NCBI GenBank assembly: GCA_951406725.2
Contig: OX597835.1
Coordinates: forward strand, 45,260,001 to 45,324,000
Origin: Octopus vulgaris
Lineage: Eukaryota
Reading direction: 5' to 3'
Length of the DNA stretch: 64,000 nt
Part shown: positions 12,172 to 25,878 of the stretch, piece by piece
Numbering within the stretch: the stretch's first letter is position 1
How the letters are laid out: the number at the start of each line of letters is the position of its first letter
The notes under the pieces: generated by a model
The model's database searches: none
What the model was told of the DNA's origin: nothing
Seen by the model: the letters and a program-made list of their open reading frames with translations, nothing else
Made by a program: the position numbers and the translations under genes

Positions 12172-13315
12172 CACATATGTTACAAGATGCGAGACCTTGG
12201 TATTACCGTGAAACTGGGAGAGTGGCTGCATGATTTTCTGAAGGGCAGGAGTCAGACACTCTGAAGAGACTCACATTCTCAACGGGGTCCCACAGGGAAC
12301 TGTACTGGGCCATTACTATTTGTGGTGTCCCTCTCAGACATGCTCTCCGCGGTAGAGTTAGACAGTAGTATAGCAGGCATTTAGGAACCAAGAGGACATC
12401 ATACAGCTACAGAAATACCTGAAGGAAATCTACAAATAGGCCAACAAAAATGACAAGCATTTCAATGATGAAGTTACAGGCACTCCACTATCGGTCCAAC
12501 ACCAGGCTAAAATCGGAATACTCTGGTCCAGAAGGTAATAAGATCCCAGAATCAGAGTCGGTGCATGAGTTTGAGGGTTCACATGAGTAACGATGCAACC
12601 TTCCGTGTGCATATTACCAAGATGGCAAAACTGTGCAGGCGAGTGACTGGTTAGATTCTGAGGACATTCAGAACCAGGAGAAGGGATACCCTGCTCTTCC
12701 TATGGAAGACTTCCGTTCTTAGCCGCTTGGACTACTGATCCCAGCTATGGTCCCCAGAGAGTGTGAAACAAACTGTGGAACTGGATGCAACCCAGAGCCA
12801 ATACACAAAGCATATTGACACGATGCAAAAGATGGGCTCCTGGAAGAGGGTAAAGCAGCTGAGTCTCAATTCCCTTAAGAGACGGTGAGAGAGATATGCG
12901 ATGATAAATATTTGGAAGCTTTTGGAGGGTTTAGCTACCAATTTTGGAATTGACAGCTATTCATGTCCTCGAACTGAACGATACTGCATCATACCAAAGA
13001 TCCCGTTTTCGCCATCTAAAATAAGGACACAGTACTGCAATAGTATGGGTTTCAAGGACCCGCAAATGTTCAACATCCTTCCAGGAACCTTAGAGATCTA
13101 CATGGTGTTGATGTGGAAGTTTTCAAGGAACGTCTGGAAGGTTTGTGTCTGAGATACCAGATAAACTCACATCGTGGCTGGAGAGGCAAAGGAGTTCAGC
13201 TTCGTCCAACTCGCTACTTCATCATAAACAATATCAGAAACAACACCGAGCAACTACAGGTGGTGCACCAGCATGACCTCAGCCCTGAGCTAAAACTAGT
13301 AAAATATAGAAGATA
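12172..13315 (+). mobile_element. Decayed 5'-truncated CR1-group LINE (RT C-terminal half + 3' end)
   Basis: MRDLGITVKLGEWLHDFL, GVPQGTVLG, SQLWSP, ERYAMINIWKLLEGL; frameshifted; 3' end ggtggtgcaccagcatgacc...A-rich. Confidence 0.82.
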
Positions 13316-13439
13316 AAAAATATATATATATACATATGTAGATATATTAATGCTGATACACACAACTGGACCTGATATACATATAAGTTTACATACGTAC
13401 ATATAAACATAGATATATTTTCAGGGTTATATATAGAGA

Positions 13440-13824
13440 CTAGCAGTATCGCCCGGCGTTGCTCAGGTTTGTAAGGGAAATAACTATAAAGCATTTTTAG
13501 AGAGTTATAGCCAAAAAATAGCAAAAAAATGGAAAAAAAATGATGGTAAATTTTTTTTGAGGGATAAAAAAGGTGGAGTTGCGTCCCCTAGACGGTCTGT
13601 GGTTTGGGTTTCAGATTCTCGACCCCATGTCGAATTTATCGATCTTTTTCAGAACTGGGGGAACTTTTCAAAATTTTCGCTGCGTTAGTTTTGAATTATG
13701 ACATTGGGCTATGTGTGTGTCAAGTTTCATCAGAATCGGTTGAAAGACGTGGTCAGGGTGAGGGTACGAGAAAACAGACACACAGAAACACGCACAGACA
13801 AACTGCCGTTTATATAGAGAGAGA
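13440..13824 (-). mobile_element. Non-autonomous Helitron (Lep1-like architecture)
   Basis: Minus strand starts A|TCTCTCTCTATATAAAC and ends with hairpin cctgagcaacgccggg followed by CTAG|T; A-T insertion site, no TSD. Confidence 0.82.
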
Positions 13825-14438
13825 TACAAATACTATAGATATTTAATAGATAAAGGCATAGGCACATCTATATATATATTTATATACATTGACTAATAAA
13901 TTTACTTTTACATGGAGTATAACAAATACGGAGAATGCTTAGTTTTGCAACTCGACAGCTATTTCTGGGAGCCCGGTTTTATGTGTAGTGCAAACGTTCA
14001 CATTTAGCAGATGGAGTGTGCAAAATGTCCTGGAAATGCAGTTAATAGATGGTCACATAGACATTATGCTAATACCGGCTCCCTTTGTCATGAGGAAAAT
14101 TGGCAGATACCAGTTCACTTCAGGGAGCGAAAGATTTAAAGGTTGAATGAGAAAGTGGAAATGAGGAGTAAAAGTCAGAGATAGGGAGGATCCGTGTGGT
14201 TTAGGGTGATTAGTGAGATGGAAGAATAGCAAGAAGAGATAAGAAATACAGGGTGGAGGGAAGGAGGTGAATGTGACTAATCCGGGTAGTGAATGGAAGT
14301 AGAAGAGGTTAGTCAGAGGAGGAGACGTGTAATTGAGATTAGTCAGTTTCGTGAAGAGAGAAGACGTTGGTAGATCAGTGCTTCGTTAAGCAGGTCTCAA
14401 ATTAGTCAGGGATGGTTCGTGTATTAATAAATCTCTCC

Positions 14439-14475
<37 letters not shown>

Positions 14476-14602
14476 ATCTATCTATCTGCCTATTTATCTA
14501 TCTATGTGTCTGTCTGTCTCTTTATCAATCTATCTATTCACTCTTTCTCTCTGCCTGTCCATCTATCTGTCGCTCTCTCTCTCTCTCTCTCACTATATAT
14601 AT

Positions 14603-14669
14603 AAAGAAATCGTGACTATGGCAACATTCACATCGGCATCGTAACTAAAAACGAAAATAACATAAAGCT

Positions 14670-14721
<52 letters not shown>

Positions 14722-14808
14722 TGTCTCTATGTATCTATCTATCAGTCAGTCTGTCTGTCTGCATGTCTGTATGTTGTCTATCTATCTATCTATTTATGTT
14801 AATGTGTA

Positions 14809-14872
<64 letters not shown>

Positions 14873-14963
14873 TACACATTAACATAAATAGATAGATAGA
14901 TAGACAAGCATACAGACATGCAGACAGACAGACTGACTGATAGATAGATACATAGAGACAGTA

Positions 14964-15016
<53 letters not shown>

Positions 15017-15084
15017 CAGCTTTATGTTATTTTCGTTTTTAGTTACGATGCCGATGTGAATGTTGCCATAGTCACGATTTCTTT
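14603..15084. repeat. ~480-bp near-perfect palindrome centred on a (TA)n tract (14816-14865)
   Basis: aaagaaatcgtgactatggcaac... / ...gttgccatagtcacgatttcttt; arms include mirrored CT/GA and TCTA/TAGA repeats. Confidence 0.95.
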
Positions 15085-15985
15085 TCCTTTGGCGCTTCCT
15101 TTTAAGCAGGCATTGTTCCTGGATTGGTATTCTCTTGTGACGCCATTGCTTGTGCAGGTGTTTGTTGTTACTCTTGTTTTTCTATCATTTTTTCTTTTGT
15201 TTTATTACGTAGCTTAGCTATTTGAGGAATAACGTTGCCTCTGGCTTATCTCAAATCTGTCGATTAACCAAGGAAAATTTTGCTCACAGCATAAACCACT
15301 TCGCCAGAATGGTTTCAATAGATTACTCTCTGCTAAAACATCGCCAGAGTTTAGGACACAAGAAAGAGGAAAACAAGATGATGTAAGAGAATTCCAAGGA
15401 TCTTTAAGGAATAAATCAACGACCGTAGAAAAAATTCCTTATTCATGGCAGCACAAGAGCATTTGTATGAAGACGTTGTGAACCAGGCGGATGGGTAGAA
15501 AGAGATTTAGAACGAAGAGAGAGAGAGTTTATCAGGGCAATTTCTATGACAATAACGATAGAAAAGGCTAAGATTTGTGGCGTTACGTCGATGTGATAAA
15601 GATTGTAGTACTGAAGCAAGTGAGGTACTAACCAAATTAGTGTCACGTTTCTGAACCCGGTCTCTCAGATCCAAGTGAGAATATGGTGCAAATATGTTTT
15701 CCATGCAAGAATTGTGAAAATAGAAAATAGCCTCGGATGAAAAGTAGCCTTTTGATCTTTACATGGGCGCAAATTACGGAAAGCTGACCTACCAACTGAT
15801 TTTATGTAAGAACATGAAAAATGTTCAAGTGCGAAAGTACGACCAAGCAGTTCCAAAGCAGTTGTCACTTCTCGCCCCATTTCTTAGCCTGCTGGTCCAT
15901 CTCAAGACTAGCAGCGAATGTGAACCATTTCAATGGAGAGGGATTACCAGGAAAAGCAGAATAAAGAATACTATTATCAGTATAA

Positions 15986-16296
15986 GTGGAGTCGAAATGG
16001 TCCAGTGGTTAGGGCAGCGGACTGGCGGTCGGAGGATCGCGGTTTCGATTCCCAGACCGGGCGTTGTGTGTGTTTATTGAGCGAAAACACCTAAAAGCTC
16101 CACGAGGCTCTGGCAGGGGGTTGTGACGACCCCAGATGTACTCTTTCGCCACAACACTCTACCACTGTCATTTCCTGTTTCTTGAGTAACGCTGCGATGG
16201 ACTGGCGTCCCGTCCAGCTGGGGGAACGCATAACGCCACAGAAACCGGGAAACCAGGCCCACGAGCCTGGCTAAGGATGGAAGAGGGCGATGTTTA
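15986..16296 (+). mobile_element. tRNA-derived SINE: family-C head with an alternative (Meta/V-domain-like) 3' module
   Basis: A/B boxes tggtccagtgg / gtttcgattcc; same as 24266 and 58871 copies up to ttcctgtttct, then gcgatggactggcgtcccgtccag...agaaaccggg. Confidence 0.8.
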
Positions 16297-17322
16297 TCGC
16301 TTTTTTTTATCATCATAAATGTTGATGAAATGAAGAACATTGACGAAAAGATCTTTCATATAGAGGAGAAATAAATTTCGATGAAGAATAAAATTTGATT
16401 AGTCAATGATTCATGACCGTAAACGGTTCGTTTGAGTAGCTTCCACACAAATGAGTTCGTTCACCAACTCCACGTCCAACATTTTGTCAAAGCATGGTAA
16501 TATTATTTCTGCGAGTCGGTTAGTAATATAGCGTGGTTAGGCTGATCAGCATTTGAAGTAGTTTGCGTGCGCAAACAATGACAATACTAAAGTTACATTG
16601 AATTTGCAAATATTTTGTTAAACCGCATCATTATATTGACAAATGCTCATCCAATAAATTAATGGAACAAGGTTCCACGACAAGATTTAGTGATCATCCG
16701 TATATAACTTGCTGCATAATATTATGAACAACTGCACGGAATTTTAATCAGTGAATATCATAAATGTGCGTTACGTTATTACATAAGTTAAGATTGGTGC
16801 GTTTTGCCGACGCCGACCTACACTTGTTACATAAGAAAAGTGAAAGATGTGATGCATAACAGCTCACTGAGATAAGCGACATAGATTCATCTAGATGGCA
16901 ACAGACTTTTCGGCCTGAGGTGATAAATGTGAGGGACTACCATACGGTGGGAAAGCAACATGTTCCTATAAACCTGGAATAGCTCTACGTAAAGTTGAAT
17001 TCGTTCGCTTTTCATTGCTGGTGACGCAAAAGTCAAAGGACCTTCGCCAAAAGCTTGACCGTAAAATCCGCATACTTCATTGAATTTCGTCGCTACAACC
17101 ATAATTGGTTCGCTAGCGCGGACTGATCGATACATTCACTTATTGTTCATACCTGCTATGGCAATACCTTTACATTTATTGAGAAACGTTAATTCATGCT
17201 CCTAATCTGGGAATATCAGAGAGCTAGGGTTCAAACCTTACCTGGGGTAACTTTATACTGTAAAACATTTGAGTAAAATATTGTGATACTTGTGTGAATC
17301 GGAAAACATGTATTTTTAAAAG

Positions 17323-17550
17323 TTTTTATTACCCGCAAGGGGCTAAACACAGAGGGGACAAACAAGGAGAGACAAACGGATTAAATCGATTGCATCGACC
17401 CCAGTGCGTAACTGGTACTTAATTTATCGACACCGAAAGGATGAAAAGCAAAGTCGATCTCGGCGAAATTTGAACTCAGAACGTAACGGTAGACGAAATA
17501 CGGCTACACATTTCGCCCGGCGTGCTAACGATTCTGCCAGCTCGCCGCCT
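17323..17550 (-). mobile_element. Family-A tRNA-derived SINE (Deu/Nin-like core), monomer with ~24-bp TSD
   Basis: Core gcttttcatcctttcggtgtcgataaattaagtaccag; TSD tgtgaatc(g/c)gaaaacatgtatttt at 17293-17316 and 17551-17574. Confidence 0.88.
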
Positions 17551-18235
17551 TGTGAATCCGAAAACATGTATTTTCGAATAAAATCATTCAGGTCACAGAC
17601 ATGCTTATGCGTAGTTGATGTTATTGTTATTTTTTCTCTATATTTGGCGCTTATTACAGGCACATTGCCCTATCTTTTACTGGTTCTGTTATCGACACAG
17701 TGTTGGTTATGGTGTTATTTTTGTTGCTCCTTTTGTTGTTTGTTTCCAGTTCTGTGTCAACGCAGCCCAGCGATAATTGTTTGTAATTTAGGAACAAAAA
17801 CATTTGTGCGGGATGTTAATCGAATCTATCGATGCCATCATTTGATTTACTACTTTATTTCATCCATATAGAAGGGATTAAATGTAACGCTGACCTCTTC
17901 GGGATTTTAACTCAGAACGCGAACAAAAGCGAAGGAATGCGACAAGGTAATTTTCTCTATTAATCGGCTGATGCATATTCGGACTTCTTTCAGACATACC
18001 TATCCAGTCAATTTCTTTTCAGGTGAAGTAGGACTGTTACATGATAGAATAAGAGATTCAAATCATAAACTATACCTTGCTGTCTATTTTCATTTAGAAA
18101 CTCAGACAGCACGTAATTTAAGGAATAAGTTCGGCGGCTCAGGAATTCGGTTTTGAAATTCTTGAAACATTCTTTTGTATTAAGTGTTATATGTACGTCG
18201 TAACATGAATGCATCCGGCTCTGTATGCCTGTTTG

Positions 18236-18669
18236 GGGTCGAGCTGGCAGAACCGTTAGCACGCCGGGCGAAATGCTTAGCGGTATTTCGTCTGCGTTAC
18301 GTTGTGAGTTCAAATTCCGCCGAGGTCGACTTTGCCTTTCATCCTTTCGGGGTCGATAAATTAAGTACCAGTTACGAACTGGGGTCGATGTAATCGACTT
18401 CATACCTATGTCTGTCCTTGGGTGTTCCCACTGTGTTTAGCCCCTTGTGGGTAATAAAGAAATAGGTATTTCGTCTGCCGTTACGTTCTGAGTTCAAATT
18501 CCGCTGAGGTTGACTTTGCCTTTCATCCTTTCGGTGTCGATAAATTAAGAGCCAGTTACGCACTGGGGTCGATGTAATCGACTTAATCTGTTTGTCTGTC
18601 CTTGTTTGTCTGTCCTTGTTTGTCCCCTCTGTGTTTAGCCCCTTGTGAGTAGTAAAGAAATAGGTATTT
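18236..18669 (+). mobile_element. Family-A SINE dimer
   Basis: Head plus unit, then restart at gaaatagg|tatttcgtc (18467). Confidence 0.9.
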
Positions 18670-19481
18670 ATTGTATTTGAAGTTTTGCCTTCAGATAAAA
18701 TTATAAACTTCTTTTGTGGGATCTCATTATTCATAGAGTGTTTCAAAACACATGTGGCTATTAGCCGAAGTATAAAATTAAAAGAAGAGCTAAAAAAAAA
18801 AAAAAATTGGCAATTCACTGAACTTTTAAATTTAGTAGCATCACTTTGTTCTAAGTATTTAAGAGTTCACACATAAATTGGTGGCTTGCAATGTTTTAAA
18901 TAGAAAACCGGATATTGACGCGTGAAACTTATTGAAATACATGTTGTTATGTGATGTTCATTACTTTCTGCGGTAATGGGAAACTTCGTTCAACCACCAA
19001 CTGAAAACATGGTGTCTATTTATTTTAACTGTTCGCTGTAGTTTGTGAGAAGTTCACCTCTGGTTCTATGGCGCTCGCTAAACGCTAACTGTTAAGCAAG
19101 ATCAAACCCCGTTGCCACTCATCATTAAAGTCCAATATAATTAATTTTACGATAGCAGATCGACGTCGCGTTAGATTGATTTAACTTCAAATATCTAACT
19201 AAATTACTCCTTTACAATAACTGTTTATTTTGCAATGAAACAAATATGAATTCATGCGAATACGTCTCTTAACGTTCGCCATAAAAGTCTCCTCGGAGTC
19301 AGCTTTGACTTTCATCCTTCCGCGATGGCTAGAATAAGTTATCTAAATACTATAATAATTTAGAATAAAGTACATGTAAGGAATTATATCAATATGATTA
19401 ATATAACATATATTTAAGCACACTGTGACAGTTGGCACAGTGATTACGACATAAAGTTTATAGTAACTTTAAATGAGACAC

Positions 19482-19524
19482 GAAACGACTAGTTTCGTCT
19501 CCATTCAAACTCTCATCGGGTTTC
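19482..19524 (-). ncRNA. Degenerate hammerhead-ribozyme motif
   Basis: gaaac-CCGATGA-...-GAAAC-ta-GTC-gtttc; 5-bp stem I, one core change, weak stem II. Confidence 0.45.
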
Positions 19525-19964
19525 CTTTCCCTCTGTCTTCCAATTCGTTATCACAAATAACCTGGAAGCTTTCATAGAAATTTAAACATGAATATAGAGA
19601 TGAAGATCAATGGCATTGATCCCTCTAATTTCAGAGGGATCGCAGGGGCCAAGAAATCGATCCTTTCATTTAATTCATACTCTGCATAATTATACACACG
19701 GTCACACATGCACATATATATTATACATTAATGAATGTCTGTATGTCGCATATTTAGGTTTGCTCAGGTTCGTTTAGACACTGTAGTTACGTCACGTGTC
19801 ATCATGAGACATGTTGGCTTTTGTCACTTTCATGACCCACTGTCCACTCATGTATAAGAGCATGTGTGTCTGCTTGAGTGTATTTGTCCGCATATCCAGA
19901 TTTCAAGCGATTTTAGAAGCAATTATGATGATCCTGGTTACGTTTTACCTGACAGAAGTGACAG

Positions 19965-20340
19965 ACAGGTAAATGCCTGCGTGGCACCTGGGCAGGTGTC
20001 TTCCACTACAGCGTCAGGCGCGTCGATTTTGTATACAGAAACTGATACAAAACACTCATGTATACATACACACATAGACAGACATACATACAGACAGACT
20101 GACAGACGGACAGACAGACAAACATTGTGTCTGTATTTGCCTTCACTCCACTGCTGGATAACCGCTGTTTGTGTGTTTACGTTTCCTTAGCTGAGCGATT
20201 CTGCAAAAGACACCTATAGATTAAGCACTCAAGCTTGAAAAAAAGTAATTTCTCGGGTCGATTCATTCGACTAAAATTTCTTCCATGCATTGCCCCAATA
20301 TGTCCGCAGTCTAATGATAGAAATATGTAACGGATAAATG
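19965..20340 (+). mobile_element. Decayed family-B SINE
   Basis: gtggcacctgggcaggtgtc...gtgtgtttacg...attcgactaaa...ccgcagtctaatg, similar to the 23721 copy. Confidence 0.65.
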
Positions 20341-20380
20341 ATAAAAAAATATATATATCTCACACAGAAACTACAATACC

Positions 20381-20980
20381 TATTTCTTTACTATCCACAA
20401 GGGGTTAACCACAGAGAGGACAAACAAGGACAGACAAACGGACTAAGTCGATTATATCAACCCCAGTGCGTAACTGGTACTTATTTAATCGACCCCGAAA
20501 GGATGAAAGGCAAAGTCGACCTCGGCAGAATTTGAACTCAGAACGTAACGGCAGACGAAATACCTATTTCTTTACTACCCACAAGGGGCCAAACACAGAG
20601 AGGACAAACAAGGACAGACAAACGGATTAAGTCGATTACATCGACCCCAGTGCGTAGCTGGTACTTATTTAATCGACCCCTAAAGGATAAAAGGCAAAGT
20701 CGACCTCGGCAGAATTTGAACTCAGAACGTAACGGCAGACGAAATACCTATTTCTTTACTACCCACAAGGGGCCAAACACAGAGAGGACAAACAAGGACA
20801 GACAAACGGATTAAGTCGATTACATCAACCCCAGTGCGTAGCTGGTACTTATTTAATCGACCCCGAAAGGATAAAAGGTAAAGTCGACCTCGGCAGAATT
20901 TGAACTCAGAACGTAACGGCAGACGAAATACCGCAAAGCATTTCGCCCGGTGTGCTAACGTTTCTGCCAGCTCGCCGCCT
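20381..20980 (-). mobile_element. Family-A SINE trimer (184-bp period) with 12-bp TSD
   Basis: Units start at 20381, 20565, 20749; a single tRNA-like head; TSD actacaatacct at 20370-20381 and 20984-20995. Confidence 0.93.
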
Positions 20981-21594
20981 TTTACTACAATACCTGCTGC
21001 ATTAAAGACACCGTGTTTTGAGCTATTCTAGATAAGCAAACGAAATCTTTCCCATCTTTACAGAAGTCACCTGACAAAAGTAGCAAAGTTTTCATATCCT
21101 CATAAAAAGCGCAACTCTAAGGTTAAACACATCAACGGCACTCTATTTGGTAACATTCTTAACTGGAATATAACTTATCTAAAAGTATAATTACATGAGA
21201 CTGGTTTTTTTCTCGGGACATGTCAACCTCACTTCACTCTGTACGTTAATATATGACATAACCATATATCATATTGTCACTTTTGGCTGCTGCAGATAAG
21301 GAATATTTTTATAATGATATATTGGCGAACATCAGCTAAAGAAATCAGTGAATATTTCATATATTTCTGTGCAACGTAATTCAAAGCTTACCAAATTCCA
21401 GACAATTCTTTGTCTACAAATGTTTAGGAACTTATTTCCAGAAACATATTTTAATATTGCCACAATTTCAGTACGTAGATTTCGTATCTAAACAATATCT
21501 TTCTCTCTATATCTCTCCTTTTCTCTTCCTCTTCCTCTTTCTCTCTCTCTCCCTCTCTCTTGATATATATATATATATTATATACATCATAAAG

Positions 21595-21640
<46 letters not shown>

Positions 21641-22419
21641 TTATATATATATATACATAATGCAGGTACGTACACATATATATGTATGTATGGTGTGTAC
21701 GTATAAAATAGATACAATATGATGAAATGATGAAACTACACTCCACATTGTCTGAAAACTTCAATTTATCAATATTTATCTACAATATTGTGTATTCGCT
21801 GGCGAATATTTCATGTGCAGATAAAAAATTTACGTAGGACGGTTAAAAACTTGTTTACTTCTCTGTTTAAAGAAATATTTAAACATACATAGGATGTTAT
21901 CTCTCTGCTGTCATGTTGTTAGTAAGTTGCCATTGAAGTGCATTGAGTTACGTCAAATATATATATATGTAACGCAAGACCAAACTGCATACCACTTTTT
22001 CTAAGGATACGAACTTTCAGGCAATACCTACAATGATCGATTTTTGCAAAGAAATCAATGATAACAGTAACAGCCCACGTCAAGGCATCAAGACGAACTT
22101 CAGATGTCATCACCTTCAGCTCTCAACATGGCATTCTCATTGCCATCACAACAGGTGGCAAAAGTCAATACCAGGTTATGTTTAACCCCTATGCAGACTC
22201 TTACTTACCTCACATGACTGCAGAGAGAACATGCGGCCGAATAAGCTCCCCTATTTCACAGAGCCAATATGGGAGTTTTATTTTTCTGTATATGTTTGTG
22301 TAAACACGATGGTGTATGTGTTTCTACCTATGTATTTGTATCCTGAGGTAGGATATATTCCACACCTGGATAAACATGAGAAACTCTTCTTTGCATAAGA
22401 TTGTAATAAGGATGATATA

Positions 22420-22648
22420 TATTTCTTTACCACCCACAAGGGGCCAAGCACAGAGGGGACAAACAAGGACAGACAAAGGGATTAAGTCGACTACATCGAC
22501 CCCAGTGCGTAACTGGTACTTAATTTATCGACCCCGAAAGGATGAAAGGCAAAGTCGACCTCGGCGGAATTTGAACTTGGAACGTAACGACAGACGAAAT
22601 ACGGCTACGAATTTCGCCCGGCGTGCTAACGTTTCTACCAGCTCGCCT
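22420..22648 (-). mobile_element. Family-A SINE monomer with 14-bp TSD
   Basis: TSD ataaggatgatata at 22406-22419 and 22655-22668. Confidence 0.9.
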
Positions 22649-22906
22649 TATATCATAAGGATGATATAACTGGAGGACAGAGAATGACAGGATTTAATAG
22701 CAGAGATCAACATTTGTCTCTTCACTGTACTCCAGCTTTAAGTTACTAAGTTTATATTCAAATACCATTATAGAAGAAAATTCTTCCTAATTATTATACA
22801 GGTGTCTACACTTCAGCAACAGTATGATATCTGAATTTTAATTTCGCAAGCGGAAACAAATTTTCTACTATTAAAGATTGCTATCTTCCTCGTTTTATAT
22901 TATTCT

Positions 22907-22942
<36 letters not shown>

Positions 22943-23044
22943 TGTGTGTGTTTGTTTGTGTGTGTTCGTTTGTGTGTTTATGTGTATGTATATATGTGTC
23001 AGTCTATCCATATCTCTAGCTTTCTATCCTATCTATGCATTCAT

Positions 23045-23372
23045 TATTTTCGAGCGTATAAGGGACACCCCAAATTTGCCAGGCCTCATGAAGATGCAGC
23101 GAACCTCAAATCTCCCTGGTGAATATCTCACACATTTTCATGTATAAGAACAATGGACATTAGAGACTGGCACCCTTTCATAAGCTACTACGGTAGGCTA
23201 AGTTAAAATATTTGCCTTAAGACTACAACATACACACACTGAGCTCCATCCTCACCTGTATTGTCCATCATTAAGACTACCCAAAGTCTGGCCTGCAGCA
23301 TATAAGATGGCGGGTTAATTTTGAGAAGATTTTTTTTTTAGTAAACGTACATCTTATATGTCGGAATATATT
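23045..23372. mobile_element. Possible Tc1/pogo-type MITE remnant
   Basis: tattttcgagcgtataag...cttatatgtcggaatata imperfect inverted ends. Confidence 0.4.
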
Positions 23373-23720
23373 GAATATATTTATACATATATTATTCTTA
23401 AACAAGGCTATTACTGACACTCACTTCGAAGGCACGGCCATTGAAGCCACCATTGGACAACGATGCGCTAAAGCTAATCTTGGCTTTGTATAATCTCTGT
23501 TGAGTTAAAGTCTTCCGTGGGTACGCTGATTTGAGTAGGATTAGGTGGAGAGGCCTTTCGGAAAAATATTTATTGATTAAATTTCAAATAATATTAATGG
23601 TTAGAATTTATTCAGCTATATGGATTAATATGTATTGCATGGTTTATGTGTTTATGGATTCATTATAGCAGTCTACAAAGGGATGATAAATAATTTGGTG
23701 TTAATAATAAACAATTATTA

Positions 23721-24157
23721 TAGGCATAGGAGTGGCTGTGTGGTAAGTAGCTTGCTTACCAACCACATGGTTCCAGGCTCAGTCCCACTGCGTGTCACCT
23801 TGGGCAAGTGTTTTCTACTATAGCCCCAGGTCGACCAACGCCTTGTGAGTGGATTTTGTATACGGAAACTGAAAGAAGCCCATCGTTTATATGTGTATAT
23901 ATATATGTGTGTGTGTTTGTGTGTGTGTGTGTATGTGTGTTTGTGTGCCTGACTTTGTGTCCCGCCCCAACATCGCTTGACAACCGATGCTGGTGTGTTT
24001 ATGTCCCCGTAACTTAGAGGTTCGGCAAAAAGAGACCCGATGGAATAAGTACTAGGCTTACAAAGAGCAAGTCCTGGGGGTCGATTTGTTCGACTAAACG
24101 CGGTGCTCCAGCATGGCCACAGTCAAATGACTGAAACAAGTAAAAGAGTAAAAGAGT
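23721..24157 (+). mobile_element. Family-B tRNA-derived SINE (ccttgggcaag core, internal TA/TG repeat, CR1-like tail) with 8-bp TSD
   Basis: gtggctgtgtggtaag..ggctcagtccc head; tail gcggtgctccagcatggcc..(taaaagag)n; TSD aattatta at 23713-23720 and 24158-24165. Confidence 0.88.
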
Positions 24158-24265
24158 AATTATTAGCTTCACAATCTCCATTTCCTTTTTCTTCTTTAAT
24201 ATGAATATAAACTATGTTTTTATATACAAACCTATTATTTTAAGGAAAATTGTGTGTGGAATATG

Positions 24266-24650
24266 GGAAGCACTCCGTCGGTTACGACGACGAGGGTTCC
24301 GGTTGATCCGAATCAACGGAACAGCCTGCTCGTGAAATTAACGTGTAAGTGGCTGAGCACTCCACAGACACGTGTACCCTTAACGTAGTTCTCGGAGATA
24401 TTCAGCGTGACACAGACAGTGACAAGGCCGGCCCTTTGAAATACAGGTACAACAGAAACAGGAAGTAAGAGTGAGAGAAAGTTGTGGTGAAAGAGTACAG
24501 CAGGGATCACCACCATCCCCTGCCGGAGCCTCGTGGAGCTTTAGGTGTTTTCGCTCAATAAACACTCACAACGCCCGGTCTGGGAATCGAAACCGCGATC
24601 CTACGACCGCGAGTCCGCTGCCCTAACCACTGGGCCATTGCGCCTCCACA
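24266..24650 (-). mobile_element. Family-C tRNA(Arg-like)-derived SINE
   Basis: Head gaggcgcaatggcccagtggttagggcagcggactcgcggtc..gtttcgattccc; near-identical to 58871-59256; ttaaggaaaat repeated on both flanks. Confidence 0.9.
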
Positions 24651-25023
24651 CTTAAGGAAAATCAATTCTCCGAAAATACTTGGTATTGAACCAGAATTTA
24701 CTTGGATGAAACAATCCCTTCATGATGAAAGAAGTTCGTTAAGCAATAATAAAGTTCACTGGAGATTCTAATATCTCGGTGTTTTATGATATATTATATT
24801 TTGAAGTGAGGTGGTGATGTTCACACATATCCCAAGGGATTCAGTACAGTAAATAGAGTGAAACAGTTTCAAAAGAGAGCGGCACACCCCTCACTCTTGT
24901 GTTACTCCATTCAGAAATAATTTTACGCGTAAATTTAATATATTTTTAATTATTTCACTATTTTTGTATTCTATTACTTTATTACTTTTCCTGTTTCGAT
25001 TTAAAATATTAGAATAACGAAAT

Positions 25024-25083
<60 letters not shown>

Positions 25084-25489
25084 GTATATATATATGTATA
25101 TACAAATATATATATATATATATATATGTATATGTATATATATATATGTATATGTATATATATATATACGGGTGTATATATATATATATTTATATTTATA
25201 TATATATATATATACACAAATATATAGATATACACATTCATACATATATATATATACTTACATACTTATATGAATATATACATTATTATCATTATTATAC
25301 ACACATATATATATATAATAATAATTTTTGTATTTATGTATGCATAAATATACACTTATACATAAGTATTTATATGCAACCATACATACTTACATACACA
25401 CACAGATGTATATATGTGTGTGAGTGTATGGACTTCTATCTGTATCCATATGTTTGTGTATATGTGCGTTTGTATGTATGTACGTATGC

Positions 25490-25559
<70 letters not shown>

Positions 25560-25878
25560 ACCGTTTCTATCAAAATAAATGTTCGCTTTAATTTCCTCTC
25601 AGTAAATTGATACGATAAATAATGGTTGAATCATACGGTTTGTTTAGCTTATTACTTTTTCTTTTTCTTTTCTTTTTATGATCTTAATTGTTTTATTTTA
25701 TTTGCATATATTTATATATTGATTAGAATTTTTTTTTCATTTTTGTCCTTCTCTAAATATTTTCTTATTTAGTTGAAATCTATTTACTTGGTAAATATTA
25801 CAACCAAGTTTATGTACTTGAAGTTCAAATTCCACCGTGGACTAATTCACCAGTTATATCAATAATATATTTTGCATT

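Noticed and set aside
15250-15950. Complex sequence that might be a decayed transposase
   Set aside because: No diagnostic motif could be read with confidence.
16340-16700. DEKIFHIEE motif suggesting a DD37D/maT transposase
   Set aside because: A single short motif; downstream catalytic motifs not recognisable.
20381-20980. Regular 184-bp repeats as a CRISPR array or satellite
   Set aside because: No unique spacers, eukaryotic context, and the units are SINE bodies bounded by a TSD.
22021-22303. Possible exon after tttcag
   Set aside because: Short frames, no recognisable product, ambiguous donor.
24575-24650. tRNA-Arg-like gene (also ~59180-59256, ~53545-53620)
   Set aside because: Acceptor stem does not close and the sequence continues into a repeated SINE body; these are SINE heads.
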